NCBI GenBank assembly: GCA_043228905.1
Contig: JBHGNT010000013.1
Coordinates: forward strand, 992,001-1,056,000
Direction of reading: 5' to 3'
DNA length: 64,000 bases
Origin: Azolla caroliniana
Lineage: Eukaryota > Plantae > Polypodiophyta
The translations under genes and the position numbers were made by a program. The notes beneath the pieces are model-generated. The model was not told where the DNA came from and did not search any database. It was given only the letters and a program-made list of their open reading frames with translations. This document shows positions 13,301 through 25,020 of the stretch, piece after piece (positions within the stretch are counted from its first letter, which is position 1; each line of letters starts with the position of its first letter).

Positions 13301-13928
13301 TTCGCGTCGCACAAACCTGAACGATTGAGAGACAGTCTTCGGTATACTAACTCTCTAACAGTTCTTGATCCGGATTTGGACCCCGACCCCCTATACCCGT
13401 CCCCGCCCGTCCAATTGGCCACAAGGCAAGGCAAGCAATGTGTGAGATGGATCAGAGGGTTCCATGATCTTATCTTCGCAATGGGCAGAAAGGGCACCGG
13501 GGACATCGAACGGAGGACCCTGAGGAGGAGGAGCAACAACATGAGCATGAATGAGCATGCAAGAGAGTGTTCTGTGATCATCTGATTCGGACACACACTT
13601 TCTCCTGATGGAGATTTCTCTGGACCGACCCGTTGACTCTCGATGGGCAGATGGAATTGACACGATGATTTTCTCGTTATGGATCAAGGGTGGGGTCCCA
13701 TGATATCTATCGTCTAATCCGAATTCGTGAGACACTCTGGCACACACCACACCACACCACGGATAAGGAAGCGGATTTATGTATAATAATAATATTAATT
13801 ATGAAGGATAAGGATCATTTCTTAATTATACATAATCCTGATTTTAATTTATATTAGTCTGACTCTTAATCCTATCATATCTAAAACATTTACAACCCCT
13901 ATTATTATTTGATCTTCCTTCTGCATTT

Positions 13929-14019
13929 CGCCATCGCCATCGCCATCGCCATCGCCAAACCTTAACCCTAACCCTAACCCTAACCCTAACCCTAACCCTA
14001 ACCCTAACGCTAGCCCTAA
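13929..14019 (+). repeat. Compound microsatellite (CGCCAT)4-5 plus (TAACCC)7 telomere-like hexamer array upstream of PP2C
   Basis: Read directly: seven perfect TAACCC units at 13963-14004 followed by two degenerate units. Confidence 0.9.
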
Positions 14020-14839
14020 TTTTCCGTCTCCCCCCCCCCTCCCCCTCTTCTTCTGTGGATCGGTGCTTCTTAATTCTTCGCAGATTTTTATTGCTCTTTT
14101 TTCCTACTACTTTTTTGCTGTCATCGCTACAGGAAAACGAAGAAAAGGAAAAGAAAAAAGAAGGTTTTTCATTTTTGCTCTTTGATTCTGAGCCATCCTT
14201 TTTGTTCCACGTTCTTTTTGTTTCGTAGTACAGTTTGAAGGACAGATAAATATCTCGGTAAAAGGGATTTTGAACTCAGCCTCCCCCTTTATAATTATGA
14301 GAAGACGAAGAAGAAGAAATCAGAGCTAAGCTTTCATTGAATCATGCGCTTGAGCTCATTCACATTTCAGATCACAAGTGTATGAGTGGATTCGATCAGA
14401 GAACTTTCCTACACTTCTGTTGAATCAAGCTCTATATAATCTGTGGAGCTTGTTCTTTTTCCCCTAATTCTGCCTTTGATTCGTTCATTTATAACAGCAG
14501 ATTCGCTGTTGTTTTCCTCTGATATTGTGACAGAAACTCTGTCTGCAGATCCAGAAGTACCCATTTTAGGGTTTCACAGTAACCAGAAAGGAAGAGAAAA
14601 AATATATATCTATATCAAAAGTAGAGTTGGAAGAAACCGCTGATGCCAGGCACTCACAATCAACGATTAATCTCCTGTCTGAATTAGACTTATTATAGTA
14701 CACAAATATACACGCTGAGTTTCATCAGAGAAAATAGCCTGATTATATTACAGAAGAAACCTGAGTACATTATTTAACTGATCTATTTATAATTAAATCT
14801 CCGTTTTCTTGATAGATCTGAGCTAAATATTGCTATACT

Positions 14840-17800
14840 ATGATGAGCGATCAGTGCCTGAGCTTCTTTATGAGGAATATGAGTTGGAGAAGGCTATGGC
14901 AAAGCAGCCTTTTAATCAAGATTTTATCCAAGCTTGGATCTTCATGGCCAATGATTTATCCTGCCATTTCACAATACATAAATATGATTGCATCAGAAAA
15001 TAATGATGATTCAGAAAATGAAGAAGAAGAAGAAGATGATGATGATGATGATGAAGGAAATTCTGTGAATCTTCTTCATCCATCAATTCAAGGAAGGGAT
15101 AATGATGCTATATCTGATGATGATGATGACTTGTATCGATCTATGCAAAGCCTAAGCAAGTGGTATGTATCAAACGGTGGGAGTGACAGGGTTTCTCTCT
15201 TCACTCAGAGAGGACAACACAAAGAAATCAATCAAGATGCCATGCTTGCCTGGGAGGTATTCATACATCCATAGCTGCAATACCAACTATCTCTAATTTT
15301 CCAATATATATATATATATATATATATGAAGTTTTAATTTGAAATGTGGTTCTGATTCTATTCATATTCCTCTGCAGAAGTTTGGTTGTGATAAAGAACC
15401 TGGTCAAGGAACCATGTTTTGTGGTATCTTTGATGGTCATGGTAGACATGGACACAGAGTATCAAGAAGTGTGAGGAATAGATTGCCAAACATACTGGCT
15501 AGGTCATGGCAGCGTCTCCAACCATGTCTTGATGATATAAGAAATTACTCTAGTTTTTCGTCGTCTAGTAATTCAGATGACAGTGAAACCGATAATAATA
15601 ACATTATAAGTGATCATTACCATCATCATTTTATGATGAGGGGAGATCCATCTCACATCTTTGCGTGGAAAGAATCATTCTGTGCTGCATACAAGAAAAT
15701 GGACAAAGAACTCGCAAGAGGAGATTTTGACACCCTTTCTAGTGGAACAACAGCAGTAGCACTTATAAAACAGGTAATCGGTTTGCTCTATAATACTATG
15801 ACATCTTTGTTCACTGCTCTTTGTTTAACAAATCTTATGATGAATCTTAGAATGTCTTATACTAGACGAATTACCAGAACCCTCATCGCTATATCAATGA
15901 TCAGTGTGTATATACATACGTACATAAACACACATACTTGTTGTGAAGCCTTCTTTACTCCATACGTTTTTGTTGTAAGACATGAATCATCATGGAGCAC
16001 ATGTTTGCTCCTTTGTTCCATTCGTAACAATTTTGCACCTCATCATAGCTATTACTTACATGTTTTGATCACATCGTCAACGCTTGGTGTCCTTGTTTCG
16101 TAAGGATGTCCATCGTCTCTACAGTGGTTGTAGTCAAGTCAATGTTCGCTCTGTGTTCCAACGTAATTCTTTGATCAATCTTAGAATATATTTAGTTATG
16201 CTAATTATTCTTTCAAGGTTGTCGTAGTCTTAAAAAAGTTTGCTCTAATCTGTTGCATAAATCATCTGTGAGGAATCATGAAATGGCGCATTTATATAAT
16301 TCATGACAGAAGCTCCCATGGTCGATTGATATGATCATTAACGTTATGATGCTTTCTTTTATGTAGGGGGATGACCTCATTGTAGCTAATGTTGGAGATT
16401 CAAGAGCAGTTTTAGGAACCAGGGCTGATGATGACTCTATCTTGGCTTTACAGCTAACTGTTGACTTGAAACCTGATGTACCAAGTAAGTAAAGCTCAAA
16501 ACGTGCATTTTCTAGGCATCACAATATAGACATAAAATGTAATAGAACTTCATTGTGTCTCTACCTAGTGACAACATCACAGTCTCTGCATTGTACAGAT
16601 ACAAAATCTACTCTTAGCTCACTTGTGGTACAAGTGAATATAACAAATCACCACCTCCTTTGAATATAGACAAGTGAATCAAACATGAATGACAGCAGAA
16701 TCTGCATTATATACATTACCACTGGGTGTCTAACTAAGTTGGGAGGAAAAAACAATGTGCATTGAATAGATGTAAAATTGGAGTGAGAAAAAAGATATTG
16801 TAGCTGGTCTGGAAAAACAGCCTGCATTGTATGTAGATACTAGTGAATGGGACAAAATTACTGGGAGTAACATATAAGATGAATAGGATATGCTTTGTAC
16901 AGATGTATAAATTCACAGAAGCAATAGATGGCATCCATAGAGATAGAAACAAAATTCTATTGTATATAATTTATGCATTGTATAGGTTTACAAATGGACA
17001 TATATAAACATTCTATACATGTATAAATGAACATTGTATAGACATACAAATGGAGATTGAACAAAATAGATTTGCGCAGTTTTCTAATCATCACCTTGTC
17101 TGGAAACAAAAAAACAGGAGAGGCTGAAAGGATCAGACGACACAAAGGCCGTGTATTTCCTTTGGCCGAAGAGCCCTCAGTCCATCGGGTTTGGTTGCCC
17201 TATCACAAGTCTCCTGGCTTGGCCATGACTAGGACTCTGGGTGATCATTGCCTCAAGAAATATGGTGTAATATCGGAGCCTGAAGTCACTTACCGGCGTC
17301 TTTCCTTGAAAGATGAGTTTGTGGTTCTTGCATCTGATGGGGTATGTCTCAATCATCTATTCCATTTCTTTCTGTTTCATCGATTCTATACAAATAGTTA
17401 ACATCAAGGAAACGCTAAATACTTGGTGTAAATGATTTGAGTGGATTTATATGTGAAGAAAACCAGAGAATGCTCATAAAAGTTGAGCTAATCTTTCAAC
17501 CACAGTATTGACCTTAATCTTCTTCATTCCTTCAATAAGATTATCATGTTTCTGGAGAAATTTTGCTAGCCTAGTCTTAAAATCTTGTACATTTTGGTGA
17601 ATTATTTTACAATACCTTTATTGGGGAATTCTACTAATTTATCTTAAAGAAGCTCTAAAAGCATGTAAATATTGGGCGAATCTTTAATTTTTCTGCAAAG
17701 ATTTAGTTTCTTTTTTTGATGAAGATTGATAGTAGAAGATTCTTGAGCATGTTGTCATGTCTTTCAAAAATATTGCTTGTAAAAGATAGCTGAAAGTTTA

Positions 17801-18083
17801 TAAAACTGTTGTTTCTTTTGGTGAATCGTTCAAAAAATCTTGATAGTAAAAGATGATGTTTAAAGTTGAGTAAACTTACTCTATTTTTTATGATCAACTT
17901 CATGTTTTTAACCAGGTGTGGGATGTTCTTACAAATGAAGAAGTTGTGGAGACGGTAGCATCCACACATGACCGATCTTTTGCTGCAAAAGCTGTAGTGG
18001 GCAGGGCTGTTAATGCTTGGAAGGCCAAAAATGCGGGCTCCAAGACCGACGATTGCGCTGTCGTTTGCTTGTTTTTTGTGTAA
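14840..18083 (+). CDS. Protein phosphatase 2C (PPM family, plant clade E-like), 5 exons, 440 aa
   Basis: Exons 14840-15256, 15378-15773, 16367-16484, 17118-17341, 17916-18083; all introns GT-AG; total 1323 nt in frame. Motifs: KEINQDAM, FCGIFDGHG, SGTTAV, ANVGDSRAV, LTVDLKP, GLAMTRTLGD, LASDGVWDV, TDDCAVVC. Start codon (14840 or 14843) is inferred. Confidence 0.93.
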
Positions 18084-19219
18084 AATGCGTAGTGTGAATT
18101 CTATTTTGCCAAGAATCTTTGCTCTTGTTCATAAAAAAGGAATCCCTCTTCTTACCTTACGCTTGATTACAAGCTACTAATCAAGCTACTCATTCATCTC
18201 CACTCTCAAGATGATAAAAGTATTCGAATCCGAAGCGTCAAATGACGCTTTGGAAGTTGTAAAGATCACCAATATTTTTTAGATGCCTGTGTCATTATTA
18301 TTTTGTACTCGGTGGAAAGAGGATTTGGCCTTCTCTTATTTCCTAACTGTTTGCTTAGGAATAAGCTCTCCAACTAGGGTAGACTGTGAGGAATCATGAT
18401 TCTTTGATGCTTTGGATGTATTTGAAGCCTTTTGGGACAACATTTCACATCCTCATCCAATGTATAACTTGGTTGTAAAACATTGGTTTTAGAACATAAT
18501 TTGTTGCCAACATTTCTTTGCTCCTTCTATGATTACTCCTATTGAGAGGTGCAAACATTGGAAAGACTCAAACATGGCACACCATGTGTCCTAACCAATG
18601 CCATAAAAATATCTGGAAAATGTTGCATCAAATCTACCTTGAGGGAAAGAAAGAAATATACATTAATGCCTACAAAAGGCTGAAATCAGATAATGAGAAG
18701 TCATGATCACAAATATTGGTGAATTGAAGCTATATCAATATTGAAACAAAAACCTAAACTCTACTTTTTCTGCAGAAAGTGGCTTTACAATTGGTAATGA
18801 TTTTGGAGATGGTCCTACAAGAATTTAAGTGTGTAACTTTACTACGTATGGAATGAGTTGTGGTGAGCGGATGCAATATGTAATGTTGATTGGGGCATCT
18901 GAATAAGATGTGTTTGAACAATGCTCTCTCACATTTGGGGCTTTGCAATGATCTCTCACACTTCGGAAATAAATCAGGAACAAATAGATCATTTCTATTT
19001 TAAGTTTTTTTTAGTAACACTTTTATTACTAGCGGGAAACCTCAAAGTGAGGTGAAAACCCACAAAGAATAAAGAAAAATATAGAAGTGTTGATTAGACA
19101 CTAAAGAGTTTAAAAGCACTGAAAGTAAAGATTGTAAATTTGCAGTGTGGTGTCTCTAAGTTGTAGACAATCAAATAGAGATTGCCTAAGGGATTGCTTA
19201 AAGAAGCTAACTTCATGCA

Positions 19220-19468
19220 TGTTATAAATCGGTAGAATAGAGAGCCAAGAGAGAATAGTTCGATGAAGACAAACTCTGTTTCAAAAAGGGGGGGGGGGGG
19301 GAACAGAAGAAAAACAATGCCTTAAAATTCTACCTCACACCCTAAGGAGTTTTTCTCACACACACCCTATATCTAGTAAAGGGGGGGAAATAAAGTAAAA
19401 AGTAAAACTAGAGCACATGCCATTTTGACCTTTTCACACTATGTACATGTCTCTATGTACATATAACA
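19220..19468 (-). repeat. 3' LTR of Copia C
   Basis: Direct repeat of 36243-36489 with TGTTAT...ATAACA termini. Confidence 0.92.
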
Positions 19469-19828
19469 ATCTCCCACTAAAAGGCCTAAACTAAGAGTGC
19501 GAACAATAGAAATTTGAACTATACAAGGCCTATACCTCCCACGTGATGGGCATGTTACATAAGGCACTAGGTGATCCCCATCAAATGACAACAATGCCGT
19601 GGTAAGGCCTTGGTCAATGCGTCTGCGGCATTTTCTCAAGACACAACCTTCTCAAGGCTAATGCAACCATTATCTAAGCATTCACGACAGAAATGGTATC
19701 GCACTCCAATGTGCTTGGTCTTTGCATGATATATTGGGTTCTTAGCCAAAGCAATGGCACTCTAACTATCATAAAACGGTTTGGGTACATGTTACGGTAT
19801 ACCCACGTCACTAGCTAATCAAGACAGC

Positions 19829-20329
19829 CAAATTGCTTCCTTACATGCCTCACTAGCTGCAAAATACTCAGCCTCTGTAGTTGACAATGCAACACATTCT
19901 TGGAGACGGGATCTCCAAGCAATGGCACCTCCCATAATTTGAAAAATGTACCCTAAAGTAGATTTCCTACTATCAGCACATCCAACATAATCTGAATCTA
20001 TGTATCTGATGATAGAGACATCACCTCTACCCAAGCATAGACAATTTATCTTTAGTGTCACTCAGATATCTCATTATCAAATTGCTTCCTTACATGCCTC
20101 ACTAGCTGCAAAATACTCAGCCTCTGTAGTTGACAATGCAACACATTCTTGGAGACGGGATCTCCAAGCAATGGCACCTCCCATAATTTGAAAAATGTAC
20201 CCTGAAGTAGATTTCCTACTATCAGCACATCCAACATAATCTGAATCTATGTATCTGATGATAGAGACATCACCTCTACCCAAGCATAGACAATTTATCT
20301 TTAGTGTCACTCAGATATCTCATTATCAA
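19829..20329. repeat. Tandem duplication, 2 x 249 bp, in the Copia C RNase H
   Basis: ORFs 19819-20061 and 20077-20310 are near-identical; CAA microhomology at the junction. Confidence 0.9.
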
Positions 20330-20881
20330 CTTGAGTGCATCCCAATGTTTCTTACCAGGATTTGACATGAATTGAATTACCGCTCCCACTGCAAATGCAA
20401 TGTCTGGTCTAGTAGCCACCATGGCGTACATGAGACTAGCAATCACAGATTGATAAGGAACCTTGGTCATGAATTCCTTGTCCTCATCAGATGTGGGGCA
20501 ATCCCATGTGCTCAACTTTACATATGTAGGCAATGGAGTGCTCAACAGCTTTGCATTCTCCACATTAAACCTCTTGAGTACTTTGGATATGTGCTCAGCC
20601 TGAGACAAGTAAATGCATCGCTTACTCCTATCACGAGTAATACGCATACCAAGAATATGTTTTGTGTCTCCCAAATCCTTCATGTCAAACGTTTGGCTCA
20701 AGTTTTTCGTCAATAAGGATAATTCATCCTTGTTTTTACCAACAATAAGCATATCATCAACATAGAGTATCGACATAATGGAACTCTCATCTGAACATTT
20801 TTTCATATAAAGGCAAGGATCCTCATTGCTTTTAGTGCACCCCTGAGTCTTCATAAAAGCATCAAACTTTTGGTACCACAA

Positions 20882-21544
20882 TCTTGGGGACTGCTTAAGC
20901 CCATACAAGCTCTTCTTGAGTTTACATACCAAGTGTTCTTTGCCTGAGACTTCATAACCTTCTGGTTGTTCCATATAGTTCTCCTCATTAAGATCCCCAT
21001 GCAAGAAAGTTGCAGTCTTTACATTCATTTGGACTCATTCTAAGTCCTAATTCGTAGCTAATGCAGCCAACATACGCAATGTAGTCATCTTAACTACATG
21101 AGTCTTGGGGACTGCTTAAGCCCATACAAGCTCTTCTTGAGTTTACATACCAAGTGTTCTTTGCCTGAGACTTCATAACCTTCTGGTTGTTCCATATAGT
21201 TCTCCTCATTAAGATCCCCATGCAAGAAAGTTGCAGTCTTTACATTCATTTGGACTCATTCTAAGTCCTAATTCATAGCTAATGCAGCCAACATACGCAA
21301 TGTAGTCATCTTAACTACATGAGTCTTGGGGACTGCTTAAGCCCATACAAGCTCTTCTTGAGTTTACATACCAAGTGTTCTTTGCCTGAGACTTCATAAC
21401 CTTCTGGTTGTTCCATATAGCTCTCCTCATTAAGATCCCCATGCAAGAAAGTTGCAGTCTTTACATTCATTTGGACTCATTCTAAGTCCTAATTCGCAGC
21501 TAATGCAGCCAACATACGCAATGTAGTCATCTTAACTACATGAG
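20882..21544. repeat. Tandem triplication, 3 x 221 bp, in the Copia C RT
   Basis: TCTTGGGGACTGCTTAAGCCC recurs at 20882, 21103 and 21324. Confidence 0.9.
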
Positions 21545-21806
21545 AGAAATTTTCATCAAAGTGAACTCCCTGTTCTTGCTTGAAACCTTTTGCTGCCAAG
21601 CGTGCTTTGTACTTTGGAGAAGTCTTATCATATGTATATTTATACTTGTAGACACACTTGCATGGTAATGCTTTCCTATCCTTTGGCAAAGGTATTAAAT
21701 CCCAAGTACCATTCTTATAAATACTGTACAATTCACTTTGCATGGCATGCACCCACTTACCATGATCACTAGCTAACATAGCTTCTTTATAGCAAGAGGG
21801 TTCACC

Positions 21807-22193
21807 TGTTGAGAAACAAACTCAACAAAAGCATATGGTGCATATTGGTAAGTGAGATCTCCTATAGTAGCTATTAGGAAATTAGCTACTAGTGGACATA
21901 TAAGTAAAATAGTTATTTAGCTACTCACAACTATTTAGCTAGTCACAGCTAATTAGCTGCATATATAGGTCACTTATATACTTAGGTAAAAAGTGAGAGT
22001 TGGGAAGAAAAAAGAACAGAAAAACAGAAAACTGGCGAGAGCGAGTTGAGCTCTGCGTGTAATGGAATAGAAGCTTTTGGTTTTGCTATAGAGGTAAGTC
22101 TCCTTCCCCCTTCCCTTTCTGTCTTGAGCACTAAACAATCCAGCACATCACGATCTATTGTGCACAAAGAAGAGTCAGAGCGGCTTCGTAACA
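21807..22193 (+). repeat. 5' LTR of Copia D
   Basis: Direct repeat of 32883-33279; TG...CA; followed by the PBS. Confidence 0.92.
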
Positions 22194-22476
22194 TGGTATC
22201 AAAGCATATTTGCTCGTAAAGAAGATTAGAACAGTATAGATCTGAGAAGTTTGTTTCTAGTTGAATCAGAGAGTTGTCTATGAAGTTAATCGTAGCAAAA
22301 GCCCTAATTGAAAGAGAGAATGACTGCCAAGAATGGAAGCCAAATAGTCACAGAAAAGTTGGATAAAAACAATTTCCGGACGTGGAAATTCAGAATGACA
22401 AATTTCCTGATGGGAAAAGGATAATGGGATTACATTGAAGGGGACCTAGAAGAGGCTCCAGAGATCCCTGAAGAAA

Positions 22477-22905
22477 ATGCAACTACTGCACAGATTAAAG
22501 CATTTAAGGAATGGAATCAAGGGGCAAGGAAAGTATTGCATTGGCTATCACTTAACATCTCAGGTTCGATGCTTGGACACATACAATATGCTTTACTTCC
22601 GAAAGAAGCTTGGGACAATATGCAACTACTGCACAGATTAAAGCATTTAAGGAATGGAATCAAGGGGCAAGGAAAGTATTGCATTGGCTATCACTTAACA
22701 TCTCAGGTTCGATGCTTGGACACATATAATATGCTTTGCTTCCAAAAGAAGCTTGGGACAATATGCAACTATTGCACAGATTAAAGCATTTAAGGAATGG
22801 AATCAAGGGGCAAGGAAAGTATTGCATTGGCTATCACTTAGCATCTCAGGTTCGATGCTTGGACACTTAAAATATGCTTTGCTTCCAAAAGAAGCTTGGG
22901 ACAAT
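22477..22905. repeat. Tandem triplication, 3 x 143 bp, in the Copia D gag
   Basis: ATGCAACTA(C/T)TGCACAGATTAAAGC recurs at 22477, 22620 and 22763. Confidence 0.9.
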
Positions 22906-23570
22906 TTGGTAAAACTGTTTGCAGTAAACACAAAGGGTAGAAAGCTTTAGTTGAAGACTGAGCTAAATACCTTAGAAAAAGGTAAGATGTCAGTGAATGA
23001 GTATGCTCTAAACATAAAGAGCATATGTGAGTCACTTGCTTCAATTAATGTGAAGGTAGAAGATGATGATAAGGTGAAAATATGCTTAAGAGGCTTAGGA
23101 CCTCAATATAAAAGCTTCAAAACATCTATTCTCCCAAGGGATAGCATCCCAAGTTTTCCAGCTCTAGTTTCAATGCTTGTAGTGGAAGAAAGAAATCAAA
23201 TGGAAGATGTAAACAAAGGAAACTCTGAGACTGAGGGGCAAGCCCTCTACAATAGTGTTGGAAGAGGTCATGGAAGATTTGGTTCAGCTAGAGGACAACA
23301 AGCTACAAGTGGACGAAACAACAAGCTACAAGTGGAAGAAACAACATCAGAGGTAGGGGGAGCAATCGAGGAAGACGTAAGCAAACTTATTTGAATGATG
23401 ATGGTTGTTGGTATTGTGGAAAAACAGGCCATACACAGGCTCAATGCTATAAAAAGCAAACTGATGAAAAAAGAGGGAAGAGACAGCAAAATAATTATGC
23501 TTCAACCAGTGAAGATTGTGATAAAGATGGTGCATTTGTGATGCAACATGAAACAATAGCAATGACTGAA

Positions 23571-24504
23571 TGTTCACAGAGATGTAGTGAAGATTTTATG
23601 TGTGTAAAAAGAACAACGTGCGGAAGCAACAGAAAGCAGAACATAGGAAAACACAGGTTTAATGGAGAGCTTGGACACACACAGTATGCGGGAGAGAGAG
23701 AGAGAGAGAGAACGCACACAACTCTATTTCAAAATAATACTCTGTCTGTACATAGGATGTGCTCAATGAGCACTTTTATACAAGTCCATACGGACTGACA
23801 AAAGTACTGACACATACTTCAATGCTCATAATTGAGCTCTACACTAACACCCAAAATATATTCCTATGCGGAATATCTTCCCAACGGCCTCGCGGTTTAC
23901 GCACCGCTATGGCTTCTCGTTGCGCATTGGTTTACGCACCCGGTTTACGCACCGGCCCGACTAATGTTGAGCTTGTATCTCAACACTCCCCCTCAAGCTC
24001 AACTTGAGGCTATTCTAGTTCTTCCGGATCACTGCTCTGGTTTCTTCTGGCTTCACGCCTTGCTCACACTCCTTGTCCTGTTCAATTTTGTGCGCCTCGA
24101 CCCTTCCGGTTGGCTTGTCTGTTCATCCGGCCCTTCTCAGCTCCCTTGCTGTCGCAGTGTTGGCCGTCCTTCACTACCCTTTTCTTCGCATGGCCTACAG
24201 TTGATTCGGCATATCCAAATCGAACATTCCGATTGAATCCAACACTTTTGATTCAATTCCGCTCCCATCCGAATTGGCTATCTCCAATTCGTCTCCTGTC
24301 TTTAGGCCTTTGACTACATCAGACCAAGTCTTCGTCTTGGCCTTTACGCCCTTCTTGGTTGTATCTCCCCCTAATTTGGCTATCCTCGGCTCTTCCCTAC
24401 GGTTATGACCCTTGCTCTTTTCTTCGGCTTCTTCAGCCGGCCCGAAATCGAATTCTTCATCCGATTCCGCGTCACGATCACTTCTGCCGCGATGACCACC
24501 TCCA
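23571..24504 (-). mobile_element. 3' end (3' LTR 23571-23985, PPT and terminal internal region) of Copia F, related to Copia A, nested in Copia D
   Basis: TGTTGAGATAC...TGAACA LTR sharing TGTGCTCARTGAGCACTTTTATACAAGTCC with the Copia A LTR; PPT GAGCTTGAGGGGGAG at 24000-23986. Confidence 0.8.
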
Positions 24505-25020
24505 TGTTAATCCTAGGGCCGGACAACAGCCTAACACAGGGTGTCCACTTAAGACACTTCACCAAAGGGTGTTACCGCAAGATGACTTACGGCACAACTC
24601 TTAATTAGACGTTAATCGATTACTTAGCAACACACCATTAACACGCGTAAGATATAACAATGAGTATAGAACGGTAATCAATACTGAAAGATTAAGGCAA
24701 TAAGTTCTATTAATTATTCGCTCCCAATTACATTGTAATTGGGCCTTTATATAGGTCTCCAGTGCGAAATACAAAACGGTGCCAACCGGCACCTTTTCGG
24801 GATCGGTCCGGATCCGGATCGGCATACCGATTCCGGTCCGTCCGTCCACATCTTCTCATATATTAATATATATATTAAGACTACTAATTACAACAGTTCC
24901 CAAATAAACTATTCCTTTTCACACTCTGGTTTGGACCTCCTTAAGCCTTCTTGCCAGCCAGTAACACATGGCACGCTCGTGGGACAGTACCTTGTACGTC
25001 GAACCCATTATCCGACCCTT

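Noticed and set aside
20882-22905. Regularly spaced repeats as a CRISPR-like array
   Set aside because: Head-to-tail duplications of Copia coding sequence with no unique spacers, in a eukaryotic context.
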